DNA of 64,000 bases from an uncultured Eubacterium sp. (lineage in GTDB: Bacteria > Bacillota > Clostridia > Oscillospirales > Acutalibacteraceae), in NCBI GenBank assembly GCA_905233545.1, contig CAJOEV010000005.1, positions 1,425 to 65,424 of the forward strand. The letters run 5' to 3'. Below, piece after piece: positions 46,641-55,801 of the stretch. Under the pieces are notes generated by a model. The model was not told where the DNA came from, did no database searches, and saw only the letters and a program-made list of their open reading frames with translations. Both the position numbers and the translations under genes were made by a program. Each line of letters starts with the position of its first letter. The first letter of the stretch is position 1.

Positions 46641-47582
46641 TTAGTCAAATGCGTGACCTGATGAACCGAATACAACATCAATCTTATGAGCAACAACCTC
46701 TTCAATGAGATTTCTTGCAGGAGTAAGATACTGACGGGGGTCGAAATGAGTCGGATTCTCTGCAAAGTGCTTTCTTAAAGCAGCAGTCATTGCAATACGG
46801 ATATCCGAGTCAACATTAACCTTACAAACAGCCATCGAAGCAGCTTCTCTGAGCATATCCTCGGGAATGCCGATTGCGTCGGGCATTGAGCCGCCGAATT
46901 CATTAATCATCTTAATGTGCTCCTGGTTAACCGAGCTTGCGCCGTGAAGAACAATCGGGAAGTCGGGAAGCTGTTTTCCAACCTCTTCAAGAATGTCAAA
47001 ACGAAGCTGGGGTTTCTGACCTGGCTTGAATTTGTATGCACCGTGGCTTGTTCCGATTGCAATTGCAAGTGAATCAACGCCCGTTCTTGTTGCAAAGTCA
47101 TATACCTCTTCGGGTCTTGTGTATGATTCGTTGCCTGCTTCAACAACAACATCATCCTCAACGCCTGCAAGTGTTCCAAGCTCACCCTCAACAACAACGC
47201 CGTGAGCGTGGGCATATTCAACAACCTGCTTTGTGAGTTTGATATTCTCTTCATAGGGAAGAGATGAGCCGTCAATCATAACTGATGTAAATCCGCCGTC
47301 AATGCAGGATTTGCAGGTTTCAAAATCGGGACCGTGGTCAAGATGAAGAGCAATCGGAAGTCATGTTTCCTCTGCTGCAGCCTTAACCATGGCAACAAGG
47401 TAATCGTGGGAAGCATATTTTCTTGCGCCCGATGAGCATTGAAGAATAACCGGAGCTTCAAGTTTTTTTGCAGCTCTTGTGATTCCCTGAACGATTTCCA
47501 TATTGTTTACATTAAAAGCGCCGATAGCGTATCCGCCGTCATATGCTTTCTTAAACATTTCAGTGGTTGTTACAAGTGGCAT
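46641..47582 (-). pseudogene. fba: class II fructose-1,6-bisphosphate aldolase interrupted by a single in-frame TGA
   Basis: ORFs 47361..47582 and 46641..47279 are in the same frame. Own translation across the gap gives ...[41 protein letters not shown].... Confidence 0.85.
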
Positions 47583-47650
47583 AATAGTACCCTCCTAATA
47601 ATTAATACTTATATATTATACAACATTATATATGGTAATGCAATAAAAAA

Positions 47651-47707
47651 GTTGAGAGTTCCGAGTCCCGAGTTGCAAGTTTTCGCATCGTTTTGCTCCG
47701 ATTATAT
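47651..47707. repeat. half module (GAGTTCC/GAGTTGC arm + core TTTCGCATCGTTTTGCTCCGATTATA)
   Basis: GTTGAGAGTTCCGAGTCCCGAGTTGCAAG + TTTTCGCATCGTTTTGCTCCGATTATA. It ends at the ribU stop. Confidence 0.7.
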
Positions 47708-48303
47708 TAATCTTTGCTTCTGCCGTGCAGAACGCCGGACAGGGGTTTGTAAATCAGCATTGAAATCACAACGCAGATTAAACCTTTTATAAATGTAAAC
47801 GGAACATTGAAAACGAGAAGCGCCTCTTCAATGTTTTTAATGCTCGGAAGAATTGCCTGATACATTCCGAGAACAGCTGCTTTATTCATAAAATTATAAT
47901 AGAAAGGATAAACTATAAATTCATTGAGCGGAAAGCTGACTGCCGCCATGCAAAGCGCGCCGACAGCACCGCCGATAAATGCGCCTTTTTTATTATTGTG
48001 CTTCTTATATATAATTCCTGCAACAAAAGCAAATACCGCACCGAGCATAAAGTTTGAAAGCTCGCCCACATATCCGCTCTGGCTTACGGCAAGGTGAATG
48101 ATGTTTTTTACAAGCGCAATAATAACGCCCGCAACAGGTCCGTAGGCAAATGCGCCGATTAATTCGGGCAAATCCGAGAAGTCGAGCTTAATGAAGCTTG
48201 GTATTATCGGAATGGGTACCTCAAGATATTGGAGTGCGATTGCAGCAGCCGAAAGCATTCCGCATCCTGCAAGAAGTCTTGTTTTTGAATTTGTTTTTGA
48301 CAT
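47707..48303 (-). CDS. ribU: ECF transporter S component, riboflavin type (RibU-like)
   Basis: ...FIKLDFSDLPELIGAFAYGPVAGVIIALVKNIIH.... An FMN riboswitch lies upstream. Start at ATG 48303. Confidence 0.8.
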   Translation of the reverse strand: MSKTNSKTRLLAGCGMLSAAAIALQYLEVPIPIIPSFIKLDFSDLPELIGAFAYGPVAGVIIALVKNIIHLAVSQSGYVGELSNFMLGAVFAFVAGIIYKKHNNKKGAFIGGAVGALCMAAVSFPLNEFIVYPFYYNFMNKAAVLGMYQAILPSIKNIEEALLVFNVPFTFIKGLICVVISMLIYKPLSGVLHGRSKD

Positions 48304-48325
48304 AGTTTTTCTCCTTTTCTCTGGA

Positions 48326-48566
48326 GCAAAAAGAGAACCCCGACAGTTTCTGTCGGGGTGATATTGTTTTAACAATATGATTTCTCTCGTCCGGACTTAT
48401 GATTTTCATCAATTACCGTCGGTTACGGAATTCCACCGTATCAGTCCTAAAAATTGTATCAATTTTTTGGAGTCGCAGACTTTTACTGCCGGTGAGGAAT
48501 AGGCATTCGATTACATTTTTTGTTACACAATATGTAGTTGAACGCTGCACCTCGCCCCGAAATATT
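48326..48566 (-). ncRNA. FMN riboswitch (RFN element) with terminator expression platform
   Basis: The minus strand carries CACCGGCAGTAAAAGTCTGCGAC, GGTGGAATTCCGTAACCGACGGTAA and AGTCCGGACGAGAGAA. The terminator is CCCCGACAG-AAA-CTGTCGGGG followed by TTCTCTTTTT (48326..48359). Confidence 0.85.
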
Positions 48567-48840
48567 TTGTGTTTTTGGTGCTTTTATTATAGCAAAAACC
48601 CCGATTTTGTCAATTTTTGTATTACATAATTAAATAAGTGTAATACAAAATACCCATTTTTATACACATAATTCGAAAATTGTCTATTAAACTATATTGA
48701 AATTTGACAACACCGATTAAATCTGTTATAAACTTAGCCGTTGCGAAGATATTACAAATTTGTAACAAAAAAACCAAAAAGGAGTAATTGTTATTAGTAT
48801 CAAAGTTAAAGCAGTTTCCGTTGTTCTTGCTGCAGCGTTC

Positions 48841-49890
48841 ATGTTTACAGGCGCAGCGTATGCTAATGCGGCAGAACTCAGTGCTAACAATTCACAGGCA
48901 GAATTTTCATCAGTAGAACCGATTAAATCAGTTCTTGAAAAAAGCGGCTTTGAAATTGAAGCAGAAGATGTAACGGAACACAGTGCGATTTTAAAATGGA
49001 ACACTGATAAGAGTTATATAGCATACAAGGTTTGCAAGTTGAACATCCTTACAAATAAATGGGAAGAATACGCGCAGACAACAGACAACAGTATTAAAGT
49101 AACAAACCTTTCGGCTGGCGCTGAATATAACTTCTGCGTGCTGAACAATGTTACAAACGACCTTCTTGGTGCAGCTAAGGTTAAAACAAAAATCAAAAGG
49201 CCCAAGCTTAAGGTTAAGGTAAGAACATCAAAGAAGATTGTTCTTTCACTCGGAAAACACGCTAAAAACGAAACCGTTGTTATCTACAGAAAAACCCAGG
49301 GCAAGAAATATAAGAAGATTGCTTCTGTCAAGGGTAAGTCAACCTACACCGATAAAAAGGTTAAGGGCTCAACAACTTATTCATACAAAGCAAAGCTCAA
49401 GGTTAAAAACGGTAAGAAAACAACAACAAGCAGATATTCTTCTCCTCTTAAAACGAAGACACTGCTTTCAATGGGACTTCCCGCAGTAAGCGGAAGCACC
49501 AAAACCTATGCATACTACACTGCAGTAACAGTCAGAAATTCACCTCAGTACAGACTTCTTAATTCATCAAATTGCTATACTGATTCCGAAACAGGAATAA
49601 GAATGGTTGACGGTTGCTACTGTGTTGCACTCGGTTCCTACTACGGAACAACAATCGGAACAAAATACAGAGTAACATTTTCAACAGGAAAATCAATAAA
49701 TGTTATTCTCTGTGACCAGAAGGCAGACTGCCATACAGATTCAAGACATCAGTATGCAGTTAACAACAACGATATTCTTGAATTCTATGTTCAGGGAAGC
49801 GCAATGCCCTCTTCAATAAGAAGAGCAGGAAACTTCGGAAGCTATCCCAAGTTTGCAGGAAGCGTTACAAGCATTGAAAAATATGTTTAA
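48841..49890 (+). CDS. secreted Fn3-domain protein with C-terminal cysteine-containing domain of unknown function; true start probably upstream at a non-canonical codon
   Basis: The ORF track starts at ATG 48841. The frame is open from 48766 and encodes ISIKVKAVSVVLAAAF before MFTGAAYA, which completes a signal peptide. GGAG lies at 48781. Confidence 0.65.
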   Translation: MFTGAAYANAAELSANNSQAEFSSVEPIKSVLEKSGFEIEAEDVTEHSAILKWNTDKSYIAYKVCKLNILTNKWEEYAQTTDNSIKVTNLSAGAEYNFCVLNNVTNDLLGAAKVKTKIKRPKLKVKVRTSKKIVLSLGKHAKNETVVIYRKTQGKKYKKIASVKGKSTYTDKKVKGSTTYSYKAKLKVKNGKKTTTSRYSSPLKTKTLLSMGLPAVSGSTKTYAYYTAVTVRNSPQYRLLNSSNCYTDSETGIRMVDGCYCVALGSYYGTTIGTKYRVTFSTGKSINVILCDQKADCHTDSRHQYAVNNNDILEFYVQGSAMPSSIRRAGNFGSYPKFAGSVTSIEKYV

Positions 49891-49897
49891 TATCAAC

Positions 49898-49932
49898 ACC
49901 GCGAAGTCAATCTTCGCGGTTTTTCTTTTTTT
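49898..49932 (+). terminator. intrinsic terminator
   Basis: ACCGCGAAG-TCAATC-TTCGCGGT followed by TTTTCTTTTTTT. Confidence 0.8.
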
Positions 49933-50008
49933 ACAGATATTATTTATTGAATTAAAACCTTTTATGGTATATAATTATTATTTGTAAACCGAAAAAAGGA
50001 GAGAGAAT

Positions 50009-51838
50009 ATGTTTATACTCTTAGCAGCAATTTCCGCCGTAATTTGTGCGGCAGTAGAAATAAGGTTTTTCAGCAGAAAAAAATCCTTCAAAAACGGAGC
50101 TATAATAACGCTGAAAAATCTTGTGTTGGTTGAATTTCTTTCGTTGGCTGCAGCAAAATATGTTTTAAAATATCCGCATTTTGTCAGCACCGAGGGAAGC
50201 GGAACAAAGGAATTCATAGTTTTTTTCATCATTTCGCTTTTAATCGGAATTGTTATGAGACTGCTTTCGGCACTGGTTATTGGCTACCTTTCAATCTGGG
50301 AGGTTAAGGAAACCGAGAAAAAGAGCAAGGTTGCAATCAGAATAATTTCAATAGTTTTGTTTTTCTTCGGATGTGTTTTGCTTTTTGGAACAATGTGGGG
50401 AGCCGACACCTTCGGAAAGCTTACGGGCGACCAGGTTATAATTAATATGATGTCTCCTGCAGAGGGCTCGGACACAAGCACCTACATAACTGTTGTTGAG
50501 GGTCCCGTGTTTAATACACTTCTTTTAACAACGCTTTTTGCATTCTTTAATTTCAGAAAATTCAAAATAGTTTACAAAAAGCCGAGAGAATCAAAAACTG
50601 TTTTCGGCTACGGCGCAAAGAGAGTAGTTTGCTTTATTCTTGCGCTTGCAATGCTTATCGGCGGCGGTTACTACGGATACAAGGGATACAGCCTTGAAAA
50701 GCTTACAAACGGCTATTTCGAAGACTCAAAGGTTATTGATGAGCTCTATGTTAGTCCAAAGGAAACAAAAATAACCTTCCCGAAAGAGAAAAGAAATCTT
50801 ATCCACATCTATCTTGAATCCCTTGAAAACAGCTATTTTTCAAAGGATCTCGGCGGTAATATGGATATGAACTTAATGCCCGAGCTTGAAAAGCTTTCAT
50901 ACGGGGGAGTTGTTTTCTCGAATAACGAAAACTTTTTCGGCGGTCCCATTGAAGGAACGGGTACCCAGTGGTCCTGCGCTTCAATGATTAATCAGACAAC
51001 AGGACTTCCGATGAAAGTTCCCGCAGAGGCGGACAGCTTCAGCAGCGAGGATGAATTCCTTCCCGGAGCATATACGCTTTCCGATATTCTTCACGATCAG
51101 GGATACGAACAAACGGTTATGTTCGGCGCAGACGCCACATTCGGCGGACTTTATACATACTACACAACTCACGGAAATGTTAAGGTTTTCGACTATAAAT
51201 ACGCAAAAGAAAACGGTCTTATTCCCGAGGACTACAGAGTCTGGTGGGGATATGAGGATGATAAGCTCTATGAGTTTGCAAAAGAAGAGATAACAAGGCT
51301 TTATAAAACGGGCAAGCCGTTCAGCTTCACAATGGAAACTGCCGACACGCATATGCCAAACGGCTATCTCAGCAAAAATGCCAAAACCCCGTACGATAAT
51401 CAGTATGCAAATGTTATTGCATACAGCACCGCGCAGGCTTCGGCGTTTATCGAGTGGATTATGCAGCAGCCGTTTTATGAAAACACAACGATTGTTATAA
51501 TCGGCGACCATGTAAGCATGGAAACAAATTTCTTCAAGCACTATAATTTCACCGATGATTATTTAAGGACTCAGTATAACTGCATACTCAACCCCGCTTC
51601 AAGCGTTGCAAATCCGTCAAAGGACACAACCCGCAACAGACAGTGGACAAACTGGGACTATTTCCCGACAATTCTTGCCTCAATGGGCTGTGAAATCGAG
51701 GGCGACAGACTCGGAGTCGGAACAAATCTTTTCAGCGGAAAGGATACTGTTTTTGAAGAAAAAGGCGTTGAATATATCAACAAGGAATTTGAAAAGAAGA
51801 GTAAGCTTTACAACAAAGAAATCTTTATGGCAGAATAA
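50009..51838 (+). CDS. LTA synthase / sulfatase-family membrane protein
   Basis: 609 aa. N-terminal multi-TM region and an extracellular sulfatase domain (...IHIYLESLENSY..., ...ETADTHMPNGY...). Confidence 0.8.
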   Translation: MFILLAAISAVICAAVEIRFFSRKKSFKNGAIITLKNLVLVEFLSLAAAKYVLKYPHFVSTEGSGTKEFIVFFIISLLIGIVMRLLSALVIGYLSIWEVKETEKKSKVAIRIISIVLFFFGCVLLFGTMWGADTFGKLTGDQVIINMMSPAEGSDTSTYITVVEGPVFNTLLLTTLFAFFNFRKFKIVYKKPRESKTVFGYGAKRVVCFILALAMLIGGGYYGYKGYSLEKLTNGYFEDSKVIDELYVSPKETKITFPKEKRNLIHIYLESLENSYFSKDLGGNMDMNLMPELEKLSYGGVVFSNNENFFGGPIEGTGTQWSCASMINQTTGLPMKVPAEADSFSSEDEFLPGAYTLSDILHDQGYEQTVMFGADATFGGLYTYYTTHGNVKVFDYKYAKENGLIPEDYRVWWGYEDDKLYEFAKEEITRLYKTGKPFSFTMETADTHMPNGYLSKNAKTPYDNQYANVIAYSTAQASAFIEWIMQQPFYENTTIVIIGDHVSMETNFFKHYNFTDDYLRTQYNCILNPASSVANPSKDTTRNRQWTNWDYFPTILASMGCEIEGDRLGVGTNLFSGKDTVFEEKGVEYINKEFEKKSKLYNKEIFMAE

Positions 51839-51841
51839 AGA

Positions 51842-51875
51842 ATACGGGACGCGTTAATCGTCCCGTATTTTTATT
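51842..51875. terminator. bidirectional intrinsic terminator
   Basis: ATACGGGAC-GCGTTAATC-GTCCCGTAT followed by TTTTTATT. Confidence 0.75.
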
Positions 51876-51886
51876 ATAACCAAAAT

Positions 51887-53188
51887 TTATTCTGCTGTTT
51901 CCTTGAGAGGACTTTCAACCGCACCCTCAATGTCTCGCATATCATTTTCAAGGTCAACTGTTTCTTTCTTGTTTATCGGCATATATTTATACTGATAATA
52001 GTTTTCTCCGACATTATCAAAGCCTCCGTCGGGGTGAACAGTGATATTTGTACAGCCTCTTTGAAGTCCGTATTTATTGATTCCGCTGTATGCAAGATAG
52101 TCTATTGAATATCCGTATGTAAGGCGAACGCCTTTATATTCAACGCAGAGATTATTGAGGTGGTCATGACCGAAGAATGCGCCCTGAGTGCCGTTTTGCA
52201 TGAATGCATTGAAGATTCCGAAATTATAGTTGCTGCAGCAAATAGCGTCGTTGCCTTCGCCGATTTTTCCATAGATAAACTTAACATTTTCGGTGTCCTT
52301 CAATCCGGCTTTCTGATATTCAACAAACGCATCCTTCATTTCTGCAGGAGGAATATGGAAGAAAGCAAGGGATTTGGGAGTTTCACCGCCGTTTTCCTTT
52401 GTTAAGTTTTCGACGGTCTCTTTATACCATTCAACCTGGTCCTCGTGAATGCAGTCGTATTTCCACTTTATTCCAAGATAGTCGCCGTCGGTGTATGAGT
52501 GTGAATCAAACATAAACAGACTCTGGGTTATTTTGCCCTCGCTGTTTTTTACATTGATAACATAGTTTCCGTATCCGCTGACAGTGCTCGGTCCGCTTTG
52601 ATAAAGGCAATGGGGATATTTCTCCTTATCAAGATACATACTTGAAATTCCTGCTCTTGAATAGTAGGAATAAGCCTCGGTATCGTGGTTACCGAAAGAA
52701 AGACACCAGTAAACTCCGAGCTTTTCCATCATCTCTGCGAAAAGAGCCGCGCTTTGTTTGTTGTTGAATGTTCCTGCGGAATACGGAACGGGGAACACAA
52801 CATCACCCGTTACAATAACCAGGTCGGGTTTTTCGGCTTTTATCATTGCCGAAACTGCATTGAGCGCCATATTGTCGTTTTTAACGCTGAGCATTCCTCC
52901 GCCGATATGAATATCGGTTATCTGGGTGATTTTAAAATCTTTGTCGGTTGTAAATGTATAATAACCGTCTTCTGCAATATCGGGAACAAGCTGGGAATCA
53001 TATTTAACTCTGCTGACATTGTTTCTGACAAACGCTTTGTTTGAGCTGAGCGCAACAGCGTTAACAATAACCATGATTAATGTTAAAACCGCAAGAGAAA
53101 AAACAATCCAGAAAAGAACCTTTTTAAATGCCTCTTTTCTCTCCTCGGCGGATTTTTTATTTCTGGTTTTTGCTGTGGATTCAGCCAT
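51887..53188 (-). CDS. membrane-anchored metallophosphoesterase
   Basis: ITDIHIGG, VTGDVV and FGNHDTE calcineurin-like motifs. Confidence 0.8.
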   Translation of the reverse strand: MAESTAKTRNKKSAEERKEAFKKVLFWIVFSLAVLTLIMVIVNAVALSSNKAFVRNNVSRVKYDSQLVPDIAEDGYYTFTTDKDFKITQITDIHIGGGMLSVKNDNMALNAVSAMIKAEKPDLVIVTGDVVFPVPYSAGTFNNKQSAALFAEMMEKLGVYWCLSFGNHDTEAYSYYSRAGISSMYLDKEKYPHCLYQSGPSTVSGYGNYVINVKNSEGKITQSLFMFDSHSYTDGDYLGIKWKYDCIHEDQVEWYKETVENLTKENGGETPKSLAFFHIPPAEMKDAFVEYQKAGLKDTENVKFIYGKIGEGNDAICCSNYNFGIFNAFMQNGTQGAFFGHDHLNNLCVEYKGVRLTYGYSIDYLAYSGINKYGLQRGCTNITVHPDGGFDNVGENYYQYKYMPINKKETVDLENDMRDIEGAVESPLKETAE

Positions 53189-53192
53189 AATA

Positions 53193-53804
53193 TTACCTCC
53201 TGTCGGTGATTAAAAACTTTGTTTCTTTAATTATGTTTTTTATTGCGGAAACCGTTATTGCCAAACCGCTGATTACAGCGAAAAAGCCGTCAACGGCAAG
53301 ATTAATTCTGTTAACAAGGAACATACCCATTATTGCAAACAGCGTTATAAAACAATCAAGAAAACTGTCGAGCAAAAGCGCCCTGAAAATCGGCGAGGGC
53401 ATTTTTTTATTTGTAAAATAAAAGAAAATCCCTAAGAAGATTTTAACAAAAATTGTTGCAACAATAACAAGCGCATATTTTGTGGAATATGTTATCGGAA
53501 GGGGATAAAAAATTCTGTCCGCACCGTTATATATAAAATATACTCCGCACGCTGCAATAAACATGCTGATAACAAAATCTGCAAGTCCCTGCGCTCTCTG
53601 TGATTCCTGCTCGCCGAGCTTCATACTGAGCGAAATTCCCATTATTGCTATAAAGCAGGCAAAGGTGTCGCCGAGATTGTTTATTGAATCGCAGTAAATT
53701 GCAAGAGAATTTGAAGCAATTCCGATATAAAGCTTTATTAAAAATAAAACAAAATTAACCGCGCATCCTGTTATTCCTGCCCATATTGCAGGTTTTTTTA
53801 GCAT
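53193..53804 (-). CDS. cation diffusion facilitator-like membrane protein (TM domain only)
   Basis: 203 aa with six predicted TM segments. CDSINNLGD (TM2) and LLDSFLD (TM5) sit at the positions of the CDF metal site. There is no C-terminal cytoplasmic domain. Confidence 0.6.
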   Translation of the reverse strand: MLKKPAIWAGITGCAVNFVLFLIKLYIGIASNSLAIYCDSINNLGDTFACFIAIMGISLSMKLGEQESQRAQGLADFVISMFIAACGVYFIYNGADRIFYPLPITYSTKYALVIVATIFVKIFLGIFFYFTNKKMPSPIFRALLLDSFLDCFITLFAIMGMFLVNRINLAVDGFFAVISGLAITVSAIKNIIKETKFLITDRR

Positions 53805-53903
53805 AATCAGGCTCCGAAAACAATAGAATTATTATTCATTATAACATATATGTTTTGATTTTGCTATATAATAATTTATAAAAAGCGAAGCATAATAAAA
53901 CGG

Positions 53904-54395
53904 GTGACAGATATGGATGTTTTATATGTTGTTTTGTTGACTCTTATAACAATTCTGCTTTTGTTTTTGCTTTTTAATAACAGCAAAAAAGCGCTTAAAG
54001 AGCCGATAATTCTTATGGAAAATTCGAAAATAAGCATTGAAGGCATGAAAAAAGCCAAAATCTCATTCGAGGAATTAATGAGCAGAGCAAGGCTTTCGGG
54101 ATTTTTTAATATCGGTGATATCGACTGTGCAATTATGGAAAAAAACGGAGAAATAAGCTTTCTTTTAAATCCGTCAAAACGCCGGCTCAGTCCAAAGGAT
54201 TTCAATTTTTCACCCTTCAGAGAGGGCATAAGCAGAATTATTATTTCGCAGGGAACAATTAATGAAAAAAATCTTGCTCTTTCGGGAATAGATAAAAACG
54301 AGCTGTTCAGGCTTATTGAAGAGAGAGGGAGCAAACTTGAATGTATTTCTTTTGCAACTGCAAATGAAGCAGGAAGGATTGACTTCTTTGAATAA
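53904..54395 (+). CDS. DUF421 (YetF-like) membrane protein
   Basis: 163 aa containing ...ISFEELMSRARLSGFFNIGDIDCAIMEKNGEISFL.... Confidence 0.7.
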   Translation: MTDMDVLYVVLLTLITILLLFLLFNNSKKALKEPIILMENSKISIEGMKKAKISFEELMSRARLSGFFNIGDIDCAIMEKNGEISFLLNPSKRRLSPKDFNFSPFREGISRIIISQGTINEKNLALSGIDKNELFRLIEERGSKLECISFATANEAGRIDFFE

Positions 54396-54403
54396 TATAA
54401 TTG

Positions 54404-54450
54404 GCGTGCGTAGCACCCGAAGCCTAACCCAAAATTTTACACCTGAAAAA
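54404..54450. repeat. degenerate half module (core GTGCGTAGCACCCG + CCTAACC-type arm)
   Basis: GCGTGCGTAGCACCCGAAGCCTAACCCAAAATTTTACACCTGAAAAAC. Compare 23713..23763. Confidence 0.45.
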
Positions 54451-54455
54451 CTTCC

Positions 54456-54530
54456 TTGACAAATTGAATAAAAGACACTATAATCCTCATATGAGTGGTT
54501 CCAACATATGAACATACCACTCATATGAGG
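54456..54530 (+). promoter_or_regulatory. promoter TTGACA-17-TATAAT followed by a 14-bp inverted-repeat operator
   Basis: TTGACA at 54456..54461 and TATAAT at 54479..54484. CCTCATATGAGTGG (54485..54498) pairs with CCACTCATATGAGG (54517..54530), overlapping the arsR RBS. Confidence 0.7.
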
Positions 54531-54538
54531 TGTTTTTT

Positions 54539-54820
54539 ATGGATGAACAGGAAATTTTTGATTTAGCCGAGTTTTTCAAGGCTTTTTCAGACTCAACAAG
54601 AGTTAAAATTCTTCTTGCTCTTTTTGAAGAGGAGCTCAATGTTTCGCAGATTGTTGAAAAAATCGGCGTTTCGCAGACCGCCGCATCCCATCAGCTCAGG
54701 TCCTTGAAGCAGAGCCATCTGGTCCGCTGCAGAAGAGAGGGGAAAAATATGTTTTATTCCCTTGCCGACGACCATGTTAAAATAATAATAAACTGCGCCA
54801 TTGAACATATTGAGGAGTGA
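54539..54820 (+). CDS. ArsR/SmtB-family metalloregulator
   Basis: MDEQEIFDLAEFFKAFSDSTRVKILLAL...VSQTAASHQLRSLK. Ends with TGA. Confidence 0.85.
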   Translation: MDEQEIFDLAEFFKAFSDSTRVKILLALFEEELNVSQIVEKIGVSQTAASHQLRSLKQSHLVRCRREGKNMFYSLADDHVKIIINCAIEHIEE

Positions 54821-54824
54821 TGTT

Positions 54825-55793
54825 ATGAGCGAACATAAACATGAGCATACTCATGAACACGACCATTCCCATAATCACGAAAATTTTGAGCAGTCAAAAA
54901 AAGCGTCGATAATAAAAATGCTTATCAGCGCGCTGTTTTTTGCAGCGGGCTATGTTGCCGATGAATTTCTTTCGTCACCGCAGTTTGTTATTCTGATTTT
55001 ATTCGGAATTGCTTATATTGCAGTTGGTTTTGAGGTTGTTAAGGACGCAATCGAGGATATTTTCGAGGGAAAGGTTTTCAACGAGTGCCTGCTGATGAGC
55101 GTTGCCTCGCTGGGCGCATTCGCAATCGGCGAATACAGCGAGGGCGTTGCCGTTATGCTTCTTTATTCCGTTGGTGAATTCATTCACGGCGCGGCAATAA
55201 GCAAGAGCAAAAAGGCAATAAGAAAGATTGAAAGCGAAAGCGGAAAGCCCCATATTCACGAATCAAGTGAAAACGAAAGCTTTATTTCCGCCTTTGCAAG
55301 GATATACACACCGATTGTCTGCCTTATCGCAATTCTTGTTATATTAATTCCTCCTCTCTTCCTTTCGGAAAGCTGGAGGGAATGGATATACAGGGGATTA
55401 TCCGTTCTTGTAATCGGCTGTCCCTGCGCGATAGTTATATCGGTTCCGCTTAGCTTTTCGTGCGCTATTGACGCCTGCACAAGAAAGGGAATATTTGTTT
55501 ATCACACAAATGCGCTTGAAAAGCTTTATAAAAGCGGAGATGTCAGCGAAGGAATATTTATTGAAGAGAAAACCGAAGAGAAGCTCGGTTTTGTTAAAAA
55601 AGCAGCTAAAAAAGCGGTTATCATTTCACGCGAAAACATTGCAATTGCGCTCAGCGTAAAGCTTGTTGTGCTGATTCTTGCAGTTTTTCTCAACAAAGAG
55701 CTTCCGATGTGGCTTGCCGCTTTCAGTGATGTCGGAATATCCTTTATCGCAATACTCAATTCATTAAGAAGTTTAAGAATAACGCGTGGCTAA
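54825..55793 (+). CDS. P1B-type (CadA/ZntA-like) ATPase membrane core lacking actuator and phosphorylation/nucleotide-binding domains
   Basis: His-rich N-terminus MSEHKHEHTHEHDHSHNHE. CPC motif in LVIGCPCAIVISVP. The segments that flank the A and P/N domains in full-length enzymes are joined by short linkers. The product is about 322 aa; my recollection of full-length CadA/ZntA-type pumps is roughly 600 aa or more. Confidence 0.7.
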   Translation: MSEHKHEHTHEHDHSHNHENFEQSKKASIIKMLISALFFAAGYVADEFLSSPQFVILILFGIAYIAVGFEVVKDAIEDIFEGKVFNECLLMSVASLGAFAIGEYSEGVAVMLLYSVGEFIHGAAISKSKKAIRKIESESGKPHIHESSENESFISAFARIYTPIVCLIAILVILIPPLFLSESWREWIYRGLSVLVIGCPCAIVISVPLSFSCAIDACTRKGIFVYHTNALEKLYKSGDVSEGIFIEEKTEEKLGFVKKAAKKAVIISRENIAIALSVKLVVLILAVFLNKELPMWLAAFSDVGISFIAILNSLRSLRITRG

Positions 55794-55801
55794 GATAGAT
55801 T

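Noticed and set aside
47361-47363. Genome-wide TGA reassignment or selenocysteine at the fba TGA
   Set aside because: TGA terminates folB (44454) and arsR (54818) right before downstream starts. By my recollection of homologs the position is an ordinary Gly. I saw no SECIS-like hairpin immediately downstream.
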